Part shown: piece by piece, positions 1-10,552 of the stretch
How the letters are laid out: the number at the start of each line of letters is the position of its first letter
Position numbering within the stretch: the stretch's first letter is position 1
Origin: a virus
IMG/VR virus record: IMGVR_UViG_3300042898_000786
Span: 11,829-75,828 of that record
Length of the DNA: 64,000 bases
Direction: 5' to 3' (one strand)
The notes under the pieces: model-generated
Databases searched by the model: none
Told to the model about the DNA's origin: nothing
Seen by the model: the letters and a program-made list of their open reading frames with translations, nothing else
Program-made: the position numbers and the translations under genes

Positions 1-1
1 A

Positions 2-286
2 ATGGAGGAGAGAGCTAAGAACCTCCTTAAGAAGTACGGACTCTCTGGCGTCAATAAGGCCAAGAAGACTCCAACTCACCCAAAGAAGTCTCATATCGTT
101 CTAGCTAAGGTCGGTGATAAGGTTCGTCTTATCCGATTCGGAGAGCAAGGTGCTAACACTGTAACTGAGAGCAATCCTACTGGTGCTCGTGCTGCAAAGC
201 GTGCTAGCTTTAAGGCCCGCCACGCTAAGAACATCGCTAAAGGAAAGATGAGCGCCGCATACTGGGCGGATAAAACTAAGTGGTGA
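2..286 (+). CDS. Small basic phage protein, possibly 5'-truncated
   Basis: Lys/Arg-rich ORF with RFGEQG...FKARH...SAAYWADK.KW motifs seen in phage head-module proteins; lies at the window edge. Confidence 0.6.
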   Translation: MEERAKNLLKKYGLSGVNKAKKTPTHPKKSHIVLAKVGDKVRLIRFGEQGANTVTESNPTGARAAKRASFKARHAKNIAKGKMSAAYWADKTKW

Positions 287-308
287 ATTTGCGTATTGAT
301 TATACGTA

Positions 309-316
309 TAACTTTG
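309..316 (+). promoter_or_regulatory. Bacteroidota sigma-A -7 promoter element (TAACTTTG)
   Basis: Matches TAnnTTTG; TTTG at 288-291; intergenic upstream of the scaffold gene. Confidence 0.6.
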
Positions 317-339
317 CCTGCAACTAAAATTAATTTATT

Positions 340-1437
340 ATGAGTGAGTTTGAAAAAAACATTGAAAACGCTTTAAAGGATATGGGTGTCAATTTTGTTG
401 ACGCTCCACCCGACGAAGTCACACCCGAATTACAGCCTCAGTCTACTGATTCTGTATCAACACTAACGGAACCGACACCCGATGAGGTCGGAAGTTCTTT
501 TAATAACTCTGTTCAGCCACAAGCTGTTTCAGAGCCCGCACCCGCTACAGATTCTTCTGAAGATATGAGTGACGAGGAGTTCGAGAGTATGTTTGTTTCA
601 CACCTTAGCGAAAGGCTAGGGTTACAGCTTAACTCTTTTGACGACCTATCACTTCACCTCAAAGGAAATGACGTGGCAGCAACCATCGACGAGCGAGTCA
701 AAGTAATCGCTGACTTCGTGGCCGAGACTGGACGCAGCCCACAGGACTGGTTTAATTATCAATCGTTCAACCCATCTGAAATGGATGATTTGTCGGTTGT
801 AAAAACACAGCTCTTGACTGATAACCCAGACTTGTCTTCCGGAGATGTCGACATCCTTATCTCACGCAAGTACAAACTTGATGAAGATTCGTTTGATGAA
901 GACGAAGTGAAGTACTCTCAGCTTCAGCTTAAGATGGACGCAAAAAAAGCTCGTGTAGAGTTAGAGCAGATTCGAGAAAACTTTAAACTACCAACAAAGC
1001 AAGATTACAGTGCTGAACCCCTTTTCGATGAGAATTGGATTAACACTATGTCTGCCGAGGTTGATTCCATTGATGGGATTGACTTTGACCTTGGTGGTGA
1101 TAAGACTTTCACGTTCGGCCTCGATGAGAAATATAAACCAACACTCAAAGAGAAGAACGCGAATCTAGAGCGCTACTTTGACGAGTACGTACGTAACGAC
1201 GGCTCTTGGGATTTTGAGAAACTGTCACTGCATCGCTCCGTTATTGACAACGTCGACAGCATTGTCCGTTCTGTTTACCAGCAAGGTATTTCAGACGGCC
1301 AGCGCAAAGTTGTTGAGAACGCCGCGAACATTCAGTCTAACAATGTTCCTAACGTCGGAAGCGCACAAAACGTACCATCACTTCGTGAACAAGTTTCTAA
1401 GTATTTTAATACTGACGATATGATGAGAATTCGTTAA
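340..1437 (+). CDS. Putative capsid scaffolding protein
   Basis: Very acidic, low-complexity N-terminus, helical core, directly upstream of the major capsid gene. Confidence 0.65.
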   Translation: MSEFEKNIENALKDMGVNFVDAPPDEVTPELQPQSTDSVSTLTEPTPDEVGSSFNNSVQPQAVSEPAPATDSSEDMSDEEFESMFVSHLSERLGLQLNSFDDLSLHLKGNDVAATIDERVKVIADFVAETGRSPQDWFNYQSFNPSEMDDLSVVKTQLLTDNPDLSSGDVDILISRKYKLDEDSFDEDEVKYSQLQLKMDAKKARVELEQIRENFKLPTKQDYSAEPLFDENWINTMSAEVDSIDGIDFDLGGDKTFTFGLDEKYKPTLKEKNANLERYFDEYVRNDGSWDFEKLSLHRSVIDNVDSIVRSVYQQGISDGQRKVVENAANIQSNNVPNVGSAQNVPSLREQVSKYFNTDDMMRIR

Positions 1438-1466
1438 CCCTAATCACAACCCCAAAAAACAAAAAA

Positions 1467-2849
1467 ATGGCTATTACTACCGGTACTGGCTTTTACGGAA
1501 CACCCGCAGTTGATGCGTTCCGCAAAGCAACCCCTGATAAATACGTTTCCCTAGGAGACTTTATCGACGAAATCAACAAACCTGATAACCGCACCCAACT
1601 CGTTAAGTCGTTCGGCGCTCAAACTATCACTGGATTCCTGCAAATGACTGGAGCTGTTAAGGCTCAAGGAATTGCTGACGAAGTTCAATGGTGGGAAGAG
1701 GCTCGCTTGCACGCCACTCAAGTAGCTGGTACTGCTACTATCGCTTCTGCTGCTGCTGGAGCTGCACAGACCATTACTTTGGCTTCTAGTGCTTCCGTCA
1801 ACATCCGCTTGAACGATATCCTTATGCTTCCTAATGGAAACCGCGTGTTTGTTGCCGCTATCACCGCCACAGGTGCTACTCCACAAGCTCAAGTTTACAA
1901 CCTTAAGAATGCTACGCTTCCTACAGCCGCTGCCAACCTTACCCTACCTATCGTTGGTAACCTGTACGCTCAAGGTACAGACCAACCTAGTGAGTACTTG
2001 GAGAGCAACGTATTGAAGCGCACCAATCCTTATATGATTATCAAGGAGTCTTACAAAGTGACTGGTTCACAAGCCACCAACCTCGGTTGGGTTGAAGTAG
2101 CTCCTGGCGACTTCCGTTGGTTTATGAAAGGCGAGATGGACACGCGTCAGCGTTTCATCGACAAGCGTGAGCTTATGATGCTTTTGGGCCAAAAGGTTAC
2201 CAATACTGCTGGAATTACTTCCGCTACTATCTCTGGTTCAGAAGGTTACTTCGATGCTATTGAGAATCGCGGTCTTGTTTCAGGTGGTCGTATTACTACG
2301 CTTGCCGAACTAGATGCTGTCGTTAAGGAGCTTGACCGTCAAGGTGCAGGTCCTGAATACGCTATGTATGTAGACCGTACTCAGGATTTTGCTATCGATG
2401 ACCTAGTCGCAGAAGGTCTAGGTTCTTCTTTAACTTCTGGTGTCGCTACTCAGTTCGGCGCGTTTAACAACAGCGCTGATATGGCTATCGCCCTAGGGTT
2501 TAAGTCATTGAGCCGTGGAGGTTACACGTTCCACAAGCACTCTTGGAAGCTTCTTAATGACCCTACTATGTTGGGCATTACGAACAGTTCTGTTGAGCTT
2601 TCTCCATACGCTGGCGTAATGATTCCTCTTTCGACTGTTGTTGACGCCAAGACTGGCGACCGCAGCCCGTCTTTGGAAATCAACTACAAGGCTTCTAACG
2701 GCTACAGCCGTGAGATGGAGCACTGGTTGACCGGTTCTGTACTTGGTTCTTCTAATGCTACAAGTGATTTGGTTCAGTTTAACTACCGTTCTGAAATCGC
2801 TCTTGTAACTCGTGCCGCTAACCGTCACGTGGTCATCAAAAAGTCCTAA
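1467..2849 (+). CDS. Major capsid protein (HK97 fold, crAss-like size)
   Basis: 460 aa following the scaffold; W.EE.RLH motif, strongly biased codon usage, followed by a stable hairpin. Confidence 0.8.
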   Translation: MAITTGTGFYGTPAVDAFRKATPDKYVSLGDFIDEINKPDNRTQLVKSFGAQTITGFLQMTGAVKAQGIADEVQWWEEARLHATQVAGTATIASAAAGAAQTITLASSASVNIRLNDILMLPNGNRVFVAAITATGATPQAQVYNLKNATLPTAAANLTLPIVGNLYAQGTDQPSEYLESNVLKRTNPYMIIKESYKVTGSQATNLGWVEVAPGDFRWFMKGEMDTRQRFIDKRELMMLLGQKVTNTAGITSATISGSEGYFDAIENRGLVSGGRITTLAELDAVVKELDRQGAGPEYAMYVDRTQDFAIDDLVAEGLGSSLTSGVATQFGAFNNSADMAIALGFKSLSRGGYTFHKHSWKLLNDPTMLGITNSSVELSPYAGVMIPLSTVVDAKTGDRSPSLEINYKASNGYSREMEHWLTGSVLGSSNATSDLVQFNYRSEIALVTRAANRHVVIKKS

Positions 2850-2859
2850 TCCTTAGGAT

Positions 2860-2899
2860 TTTGGGAAAGGGGGGGCTCCGGCCCCCTCTAACTCCCAAA
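2860..2899 (+). terminator. GC-rich stem-loop after the capsid gene (stabiliser or partial terminator)
   Basis: TTTGGGA..GGGGG CTCCG GCCCCC..TCCCAAA inverted repeat; no U-tract follows. Confidence 0.5.
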
Positions 2900-2925
2900 C
2901 TTATTAACTATCAATTTCATTCAAT

Positions 2926-3750
2926 ATGTCAACTCAAAGAAAAGTCCGCACGGACGCATACGGTCCCACTGGACCATTAACCCAATCAGAAGTCGAAAAG
3001 TCTTCTCAATCGCTGTCTCACGAAGCTCTTATCAAAAAGCTAGACACAGCATCACGCAAAACAAAAGTTTACTCAGTAGTTAACGCCGGCGGAATCTGGT
3101 ATAAGATTCGCAGTATTGCCACTACTAAAAACCCTATACGACAGATTCGTTTTTGCCCTAATGAGCCTTCTATCTACGTAGATGAACAATCTCAGTACGC
3201 AATCTTAGAGGCTGTGGTGTTTCGCGAAGGAACGCTTATGGCTACGGCTGACCAGCCCAACCTTCAGGACTTTATGGATGCCCACCCTGACAATGTGGCC
3301 AACGGAGGCAGCTCTTTCTATGTTATTGATTTGGAGCACGACGCTGAAGATGAGCTCGATATTGAATTCCTTGTCCACGATGCTGTATCTATGGTCCGCG
3401 ATACGGAGCTAGACGGTCTTTTACCTGTGGCTATGTTCTTAAACATTGACCCAAAGAAACCAAGTGTAGAGATTCGTCGTGAGCTTTTAAGCCACGCTAA
3501 GGCCAACCCAAAGGCATTCATTGAGATGTTCGACAATCCTATTGTTAAGGTTAAGGCTATAATCATACAAGCTGTAGACTTCCAGATTCTAAAGATTAAC
3601 TCTGAGAGTATGCGCTGGCACGACAATAACCAAGTGATTATCACGACTCCAGCTGGTCAAGATACTCTTGATGTGATGGCTCGTTTCTGCCTCACTGACA
3701 AAGGTGCTCTTGTATATGCTGAGATTACCAATAGGCTTTCGAAGCTGTAG
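2926..3750 (+). CDS. Conserved virion-module protein downstream of the capsid gene
   Basis: 274-aa ORF in the structural operon. Confidence 0.6.
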   Translation: MSTQRKVRTDAYGPTGPLTQSEVEKSSQSLSHEALIKKLDTASRKTKVYSVVNAGGIWYKIRSIATTKNPIRQIRFCPNEPSIYVDEQSQYAILEAVVFREGTLMATADQPNLQDFMDAHPDNVANGGSSFYVIDLEHDAEDELDIEFLVHDAVSMVRDTELDGLLPVAMFLNIDPKKPSVEIRRELLSHAKANPKAFIEMFDNPIVKVKAIIIQAVDFQILKINSESMRWHDNNQVIITTPAGQDTLDVMARFCLTDKGALVYAEITNRLSKL

Positions 3751-3770
3751 TACTCATACTATATGCTTAT

Positions 3771-3803
3771 AAGAGGGGTTGCAAGTGCGACCTCTTTTTT
3801 TTT
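3771..3803 (+). terminator. Rho-independent terminator
   Basis: AAGAGG...CCTCTT stem followed by a long T run. Confidence 0.7.
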
Positions 3804-3804
3804 G

Positions 3805-3812
3805 TAGATTTG
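3805..3812 (+). promoter_or_regulatory. Bacteroidota -7 promoter element (TAGATTTG)
   Basis: TAnnTTTG just after the terminator and upstream of the 3830 start. Confidence 0.55.
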
Positions 3813-3829
3813 TAGCAAATTATGCATAA

Positions 3830-4558
3830 ATGGCTGGTGTTTACCAAGTATATACGATACTCAAAAACTTAGCGAATAAAGACGAGCAGGGCTTTGTGAC
3901 GCCACAAGCTTTTAACACTTTTGCGCCCGTGGCACAACAGAAGCTTGTTAATGACTTGTTCTCTAAGTTCGATACTATCAACGCTGCCGCGAGAAGGAAT
4001 TCCTATCAGCCACAGGACGTATCTCTTGAGAAGCGTCTTAGAGAAGACCTTTCTTTCTTTCATAAGTCTGCTAAGTTGAGTCGAGTTGCTGCGGCTTTCA
4101 CTCTGCCTACTGATTTTATGCGTCTTATAAGTGTTCGAACAAACGGAGCGTTCCTGCTTAATCAGTCAACCTCTGAGCCATTGGATGTGCTTCACGAAAT
4201 CCACAAGCTTGACGACATCTTATCAAATGATATGCTGCGTCCCACCAGTGCCAATCCGCTAGCCGTTATGGAAAACGGAATTACGCTATACCCGAATGCG
4301 GTTTCAAATATAGTTATCTACTATTACAAAAAGCCTCAAGGTAAGCTTGCAACGACTGGAGCTAAGAGCGCAGGTAACCCAAGGTTTGGATACACTCTAG
4401 TAGGCACTAAGGAGGTATACTCTGCCGCGAACAGCATTGACTTTGAATTACCAGCCCATTACGTTCCAGACTTAGTCGCTGAAATTGCCAAAATGATTGG
4501 CGTAAGCATTAGTAGTGCTGACGTGTATAACTACGCAGTACAAGAAGAGAATAAGTAA
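3830..4558 (+). CDS. Tail ring/adaptor protein
   Basis: ANKDEQGFVTP..FN.FA..AQ N-terminus and LP.DF motif typical of crAss-like tail ring proteins; position after the head genes. Confidence 0.6.
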   Translation: MAGVYQVYTILKNLANKDEQGFVTPQAFNTFAPVAQQKLVNDLFSKFDTINAAARRNSYQPQDVSLEKRLREDLSFFHKSAKLSRVAAAFTLPTDFMRLISVRTNGAFLLNQSTSEPLDVLHEIHKLDDILSNDMLRPTSANPLAVMENGITLYPNAVSNIVIYYYKKPQGKLATTGAKSAGNPRFGYTLVGTKEVYSAANSIDFELPAHYVPDLVAEIAKMIGVSISSADVYNYAVQEENK

Positions 4559-5361
4559 TGGCAAGGAATATAGTAACACTGTCCCAGGTAATATCTAACT
4601 TCAAAATATTAAACGAAGCTGATAGTTACTGTGCTGGAACAAGCGACACCGTAATTAGAGCTCTTGCTCTACGCGGAATCCGAGAGATGGGATTCGATAT
4701 GATGAAGCGAATCCGTTCGCTACGTTTACCAGTAAACACCTCTCTGAGTACAGTAGACCTGCCGGATGATTTTGTTGACCTCACTAAGATTGGATACGTA
4801 GGACTTGATGGCCTAGTATATGTGTTCGGTGAGAATAAGAATATTAACTATTCACAATCATACGTTATGCCAATGATTGATTCAGATGGCGATGGCGTGT
4901 ACGACAGGGAGGATGATAAGGATTTATCTGGTTCGTCTTCAGGCATCCAAAGTGGTCAGGAGTCATTCTTATTTAACAACTATCTGTACGGAAATACGTA
5001 CGGAGCTCTGTACGGTCTTGGTGGCGGTCAGTATAGCGGTCAGTACCGACTAAACCTTGACCAGAACAGAATTGAAATATTTCCCGCTGGAGGTGCTAAC
5101 GAGGTTGTCATCGAATACATTGCCGACGAAGCCCGTTCATCTAATCCTAGTGTACACATATACTTAGAGCCAGCTTTAAACTCATACATATACTATAAGA
5201 TTGTAGAGCGTAAGGCTATCGTCCCGTCTAACGAAAAGGCTAGGGCAAGGCAAGAATACTATAACGAAAAAAGAATTGCTAATTCAAGGATAAAAAGCTT
5301 TAGCAAGGAAGAGGCGCTTAAGACTATTCGCAAGAACTTCAAGCAATCTCCTAAGTATTAA
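4558..5361 (+). CDS. Tail tubular/ring protein (P22 gp4-like)
   Basis: V.LPDDFV...KIG motif and YIYYKI..RK C-terminus; coupled to the previous gene. Confidence 0.6.
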   Translation: MARNIVTLSQVISNFKILNEADSYCAGTSDTVIRALALRGIREMGFDMMKRIRSLRLPVNTSLSTVDLPDDFVDLTKIGYVGLDGLVYVFGENKNINYSQSYVMPMIDSDGDGVYDREDDKDLSGSSSGIQSGQESFLFNNYLYGNTYGALYGLGGGQYSGQYRLNLDQNRIEIFPAGGANEVVIEYIADEARSSNPSVHIYLEPALNSYIYYKIVERKAIVPSNEKARARQEYYNEKRIANSRIKSFSKEEALKTIRKNFKQSPKY

Positions 5362-5366
5362 TAGGT

Positions 5367-8300
5367 ATGCCAGTACAGAAGATAACGCCTAGGAGTCTAA
5401 ATCTAGATGATGACTTTCTTGTTGTTAAGTCAACCGAGATGGTTGATGCTTTCAATATTGAGATAGCATCTGATGATGACGGAAATGCCAATGTCCTTAA
5501 GTCAATTCAAGGCAATACAGCTATATCATTTGCTGGAGGTTCCGCCTTGGCTGCTGGTACAAACACGGTAATAGGCTCCGGTCTAAATACTGAGAAGAAC
5601 GAGATTGTTTTCGCTATTTGGAACTCTAATAACGACCACAGCATATATCTATACTCAACATCAACAAACGTATGTACGCTTGCTTATCGTGATGCTATAC
5701 TTGGCTTTACTCAGGGCGCATTTGTAAAGTTTGACTTTATTGTATTGCAGAATGGAAATACCATAGCATACTTCACCGATGGCGTTAGCGAGCCTAAAAA
5801 GATTAATATCACTAAGGCTATTGGTGCATCTGGATACCCATACAAAATCGCTGGTGGTTACTCTTACAATGATGACGAGAAGCTCTTAAGTATTGCAACT
5901 CTTCGCCAGCCACCTGTTGAGCCGCCAGTTGCATCTTTTGCAAGAGTTGGGAACGATGATGGATTTGTCTATGATGAATACTTTCAGTTCGCATACCAGT
6001 ATCTTTATGAAGATGGTGAGATATCTGCAATATCTCCGTACACCGAGCTTTCTTTAAACACATACCAACTGCTAGAAGACTACATTGGTTACGACACAAA
6101 GACTTACTATAATACGATAAACGTAACAGTTAAGCCCAGTCGCGGTGATGTATCTAAAATAAGATTACTCGCTCGTTCATCTGAGTCTCTTAGCTTTTTT
6201 GTTGTTGGTGAAATTTCAAACGACCGGACGGCCGGTAGTGCTGTAGTGGCATTTACCAATTCAAAACTTAGGGCATATGTTGCTGACTCAGAACAGAACA
6301 AGATGTATGACAACGTGCCCAAAAAAGCAAACGCTCAAGCCATCACATCTAACCGACTCGTGTATGGAGGATATACAGAGTTCTATGATAACATATCACC
6401 TAGTGTATCTATTTCTGAGATAGATTTTGCTGCCGGTACGAACGTACCAATCAGTGTAAACCCAACCACCGGCCAGAGCGTACAATACGCCCCGGCCGTT
6501 CCAACCGTTACGTCAAAGTTCAACATTGTAGTTGGAGACACTATGAACTTAATGCAGGACCAGAGTGAGGTATTATTAGACTTTAGTGTATCTGGAGGTG
6601 CAAGTATTACTATCGGAAGTTCAGCTGTAGTACAACTCACACCTACTGAGTCAACTTATGATTTACTTCTAGGTAAGGTGGAGTTTGACGTAATTAAACG
6701 GTTTACCATACCAGCATATACGAGTCTTACTAGTCCAAGCCCTAGCATATATACCTACTTTATCAATAACATTATCGGGAACTACGAAGTAGCTATCGGT
6801 GACGCTGAAGCTGATTTAATAACCTCAGGAGATAATCACGGTTTTAAAGGCACAGCCGTTGTAAATGTTTCTTTTGATGCTGTTAACTATGGTACTACTC
6901 AGGTTTCATTTATAGTTAAGATTGTTTCCGTAACGCTAGAAACCTATGAGGGCCGTGATGGAACAACTGGCGAGCCAATCCCAAGAGCTGATTTCATATC
7001 GTTTTCCCTAAACACGAATTTGCTCAATACGTCTTACGTTACAACGTGGGGTGGATTTAGGGCTTTTAGGAACTACAACTCTCGCCAATACGCTGTTGCA
7101 TCTAGCCGGTCTTTTAAGTCAGGCCAACGCCACAAGTTTGGCATTGTATACTATGATTTGTTTAATAGAAGCGGCGCTGTAAATGAAATTGGGGAGAAAG
7201 AGGTTTCGTTTATTTCGAATCGCCAGGGTGCCGCAAATGGTCCTGTAGCTCTGCAATTTAAGTTACAGCATACACCACCTAGTTGGGCTAAGAAGTGGCA
7301 ACTTGTGTACTCACCATTTTCGTCTTACAACTACAGCATACAGCATAGCGTAAGCGAAGCTTTTAGCAATACAACAGATAGCTTCATTTACGTATCTATG
7401 AATACGCTTGAGGGCAAGGTATATTCTTATAAAGACTCTAAGGATGCAAAGCTTGATTATTCATTTGTAGAAGGAGATAAGCTTAAGATTGTTAGCTACG
7501 ATGATGGAGTAGGCCGCACTTTTGTAGAATATGAATTTGATATTCTTGCGTACGAGTACTATGACGCAAATAATACCCCAATCCCAGGTGCCATTAACCC
7601 TGACCGAAAAACAGGATGGTTTTTAAAGCTCAGGGATAATGTGGACGCCACTAATTTCGCAAAAAGTTTTGTTGCTGCGAGTTCAGACTCTTGGAATAAT
7701 AAAGCTGTTGTTGAAATTTACAGACCAGCACGGGATAACGATTCTGTTATATATCGTGAAATCTCAGAGGTTTATGATGTGGTATTCAGTGGCGGCTCTT
7801 ATAAACACAAAGGAGACCGTGATTTCTCTTATACTTGGACATCGGGGTCATCAAATATTACGGTACTTAATGGCATAGCCACTACCACTTTAGATATTAG
7901 GACTGGAGATACTCTAACTATTAGTCATACTGTATTCGGCTCGCCCGAGAGCTTTGAGGTCCGGGTTGGAACCATATCTACATTCGGCTCAGATAAGACA
8001 TTCTCCGTGACTAATGCTAATGTCGTTGGACAAGTTGGAGTCTCTATACCATCAAACGATAACTACTCGTTAGCAAGTATTACTGGACTATCTAACGCTA
8101 TTGTTCAGACATCAAATGGTGATGTTTACTACAGGCCACGTAAAATGATATTTATCGTTGGATATCCCGGTAGCGGAAATCTAACGACTACCACTAATGA
8201 TATATTCGTTGAGGATAACTCTATAAGTGACTTTAAGGTATCAAATGTTTCTGTTTTTGGCAGGCCCAATGCGCCAGTACCAACAGCTTTATCTGTATAC

Positions 8301-9626
8301 AGAAAGGCTAGTATAACATATTCTGAGCCATACGTTATTGATTCGTCTGTATTAACGCTTTCATCGTTTAACCTTAGCTTAGCTAACTTCAACGACTATG
8401 CTAGCAAGTATGGAGGCATTAAATACATACACTCAAATGATGATTCAATTTTTGTTCTTCAGGAGAGAAAATCTTCGATTATACCTGTTGGCCGAAACTT
8501 AGTTGAATACGCAGACGGAAGTGCTAGCCTTGCCATCAGTAACAACTTCTTAGGAGTACAAAACTTTTACACTGGTGAATACGGAGTAAACGACAATCCA
8601 GAGTCTGTTGTTGAACGCGCCGGCCGACTCTATTTCTGCGACATCATTTCTGGTAAGATACTTCGACTTGGTGGAGATGGTATAACTCCAATCAGTGACT
8701 ACGGTATTGGTTCGTTTGTTGCAAATAAGTTTAACGATATTACTTCTAGCGCCTCAAGTCACAGGGTAATTGGAGCTTACGACCCAGATAAAGATTACTA
8801 CATCTTTAGCACATCACCCATATCTGGTTCTGGAGTATCGTTGACTATGACTTTTGATGTTAATGGAAATTCTTGGATTAGTAAGCATTCTTGGAATCCT
8901 GAGTCAGGTTTACCTCTTGGCGACAACCTTATTACGTTCAAGTCTGGAGTTATGTATAAGCATTCTGATGCTGCGTCTTATGGCGTTGTATACGGAGTGT
9001 CTTGTCCTCCGTCTTTATCTGTTATTGCCAACGAGAATCCATCTCAGGTAAAGGTATTTAAGTCTATATCTCAGGAGTCTAACAAGCCATTTGGCTTCAC
9101 TGTAGATAACAGCAAGCAAACATCTATGACTGTTCCATCTACGGACTTCACTAATGTGGCGACGGCAATATTAGACGAGACTGGCAGCACAATTGGCCTC
9201 GGCTTCCAACAGAATCGTGAGGGTATTTATTACGCCGAGATTCCACGTGATACCACTAATACAACTCAAGCTATGGTTGTTATAGGTACGGCAGAATCTG
9301 TAGGTGCTGATACCATCACTTTCTCTAGTAATGTATCAAATACTCCTTTTGAGTTTGGAAAGCCTGTAGCTATACTTACTGGCGGAGCATTTGTCAATCA
9401 AGGGTATAATGTCACGGATATCGTCAACTATAATACTATACGAGTAAGCGCAGCGCCATCAGGAGCAATCGTTGGCTCGGTAATAGCTGTACGTAGTGAA
9501 AATGCTGTAAATGGTGATTCTATGCGTGACCGATACGCTAGGGTAGCTTTCTCTGGTTCAACTGGAGCTTTTGAGTTATATGCGGTAAATGTAAACTATG
9601 CAGAGTCTAAACTACACTTTGCTTAA
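5367..9626 (+). CDS. Tail nozzle/stabilisation protein (P22 gp10-like)
   Basis: 1419 aa, beta-rich; motifs FQFAYQYLYEDGE.SA.SP, FKSG..HKFGIVYYD...R, YGV.DNPES, ENPS.VKVFK. Confidence 0.75.
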   Translation: MPVQKITPRSLNLDDDFLVVKSTEMVDAFNIEIASDDDGNANVLKSIQGNTAISFAGGSALAAGTNTVIGSGLNTEKNEIVFAIWNSNNDHSIYLYSTSTNVCTLAYRDAILGFTQGAFVKFDFIVLQNGNTIAYFTDGVSEPKKINITKAIGASGYPYKIAGGYSYNDDEKLLSIATLRQPPVEPPVASFARVGNDDGFVYDEYFQFAYQYLYEDGEISAISPYTELSLNTYQLLEDYIGYDTKTYYNTINVTVKPSRGDVSKIRLLARSSESLSFFVVGEISNDRTAGSAVVAFTNSKLRAYVADSEQNKMYDNVPKKANAQAITSNRLVYGGYTEFYDNISPSVSISEIDFAAGTNVPISVNPTTGQSVQYAPAVPTVTSKFNIVVGDTMNLMQDQSEVLLDFSVSGGASITIGSSAVVQLTPTESTYDLLLGKVEFDVIKRFTIPAYTSLTSPSPSIYTYFINNIIGNYEVAIGDAEADLITSGDNHGFKGTAVVNVSFDAVNYGTTQVSFIVKIVSVTLETYEGRDGTTGEPIPRADFISFSLNTNLLNTSYVTTWGGFRAFRNYNSRQYAVASSRSFKSGQRHKFGIVYYDLFNRSGAVNEIGEKEVSFISNRQGAANGPVALQFKLQHTPPSWAKKWQLVYSPFSSYNYSIQHSVSEAFSNTTDSFIYVSMNTLEGKVYSYKDSKDAKLDYSFVEGDKLKIVSYDDGVGRTFVEYEFDILAYEYYDANNTPIPGAINPDRKTGWFLKLRDNVDATNFAKSFVAASSDSWNNKAVVEIYRPARDNDSVIYREISEVYDVVFSGGSYKHKGDRDFSYTWTSGSSNITVLNGIATTTLDIRTGDTLTISHTVFGSPESFEVRVGTISTFGSDKTFSVTNANVVGQVGVSIPSNDNYSLASITGLSNAIVQTSNGDVYYRPRKMIFIVGYPGSGNLTTTTNDIFVEDNSISDFKVSNVSVFGRPNAPVPTALSVYRKASITYSEPYVIDSSVLTLSSFNLSLANFNDYASKYGGIKYIHSNDDSIFVLQERKSSIIPVGRNLVEYADGSASLAISNNFLGVQNFYTGEYGVNDNPESVVERAGRLYFCDIISGKILRLGGDGITPISDYGIGSFVANKFNDITSSASSHRVIGAYDPDKDYYIFSTSPISGSGVSLTMTFDVNGNSWISKHSWNPESGLPLGDNLITFKSGVMYKHSDAASYGVVYGVSCPPSLSVIANENPSQVKVFKSISQESNKPFGFTVDNSKQTSMTVPSTDFTNVATAILDETGSTIGLGFQQNREGIYYAEIPRDTTNTTQAMVVIGTAESVGADTITFSSNVSNTPFEFGKPVAILTGGAFVNQGYNVTDIVNYNTIRVSAAPSGAIVGSVIAVRSENAVNGDSMRDRYARVAFSGSTGAFELYAVNVNYAESKLHFA

Positions 9627-9631
9627 ATTTG
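9624..9631 (+). promoter_or_regulatory. Bacteroidota -7 promoter element (TAAATTTG)
   Basis: TAnnTTTG 6 nt before the ATG at 9638. Confidence 0.55.
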
Positions 9632-9637
9632 TAAATT

Positions 9638-10552
9638 ATGAAGAGTATTAAGAAATATCAAGGCGGCGGGACTAACCTGAATCCCGGAGCAAATATTTAT
9701 CGATTCCAAGGAGGCTCATCTCCTACGTTTAACAGTATGTCTCAAGGAAATCAAGGCTCCGGTGTTGGTAGTAGCTCTATGTATGGAGATGCTAGTTCCG
9801 CACAGCGTGCATCATCTATTGCCGCTGGCGTTGGCGGAATCGGAGACATTGGCGTTGGTATATATAATATTGCTAACAGTATACGTGAATCAAAACAATC
9901 AAAAGCTGAAATCGAAAGATTACAAAAAACAGCTCCGGTATTGACTACTCCAAGTCAGTTTTATGAAGCCCAAAAGATGGCTTATGACTCAAGGCTTGTT
10001 GAGCTCCAGCGTGATGCTGTCGCCCGCAACGTATCTCAGTCATTACAGACAGTAGGTCAGCTTGGTGGACGTGCTGCTTTAGGGGCTGTAAGCGCTCTAC
10101 AGACTGGTGCAGACCGAGCTATGCAAGACATAGGTCTAGATGTAGCTCAGCAGCGTATGGCAGCGACCTCACAGCTAGGAGCTGCGCGAGAGCGCGAGAC
10201 AACTATGAAAGAGTCTCGCTACAGAATGGACTTAGGCAATGAGCAAGACCGCTATGCGGCATCGCGGGCGGGCATTGGACAAGGAGTCGGCCAGCTTGTT
10301 GGAGGCGCTGCTAATGTAGCGGCTATGTTTGTTAAAGACGGTGGAGTAATAAAGACTCCTGGTAGCTTCTCTCACGCTAAAAACCCAATTGACATCGTTA
10401 AAAGCGGCGCCAAGATTGGTGAGATGACTGGCGGAGAGTATATCTTTAACCCTAAGCAAATGGAAAAGATTAAGACATTTGTAGCAACAGACGACAAATC
10501 AAAGCTTCATAGCTACGTTAAATCGCTCATTAGAAAATTCAATAGCAAATAA
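9638..10552 (+). CDS. Putative internal virion/ejection protein
   Basis: Gly/Ala/Gln-rich with GxxxG hydrophobic segments; C-terminal GSFSHAKNPID...GEMTGGEYI motif; position after the nozzle. Confidence 0.55.
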   Translation: MKSIKKYQGGGTNLNPGANIYRFQGGSSPTFNSMSQGNQGSGVGSSSMYGDASSAQRASSIAAGVGGIGDIGVGIYNIANSIRESKQSKAEIERLQKTAPVLTTPSQFYEAQKMAYDSRLVELQRDAVARNVSQSLQTVGQLGGRAALGAVSALQTGADRAMQDIGLDVAQQRMAATSQLGAARERETTMKESRYRMDLGNEQDRYAASRAGIGQGVGQLVGGAANVAAMFVKDGGVIKTPGSFSHAKNPIDIVKSGAKIGEMTGGEYIFNPKQMEKIKTFVATDDKSKLHSYVKSLIRKFNSK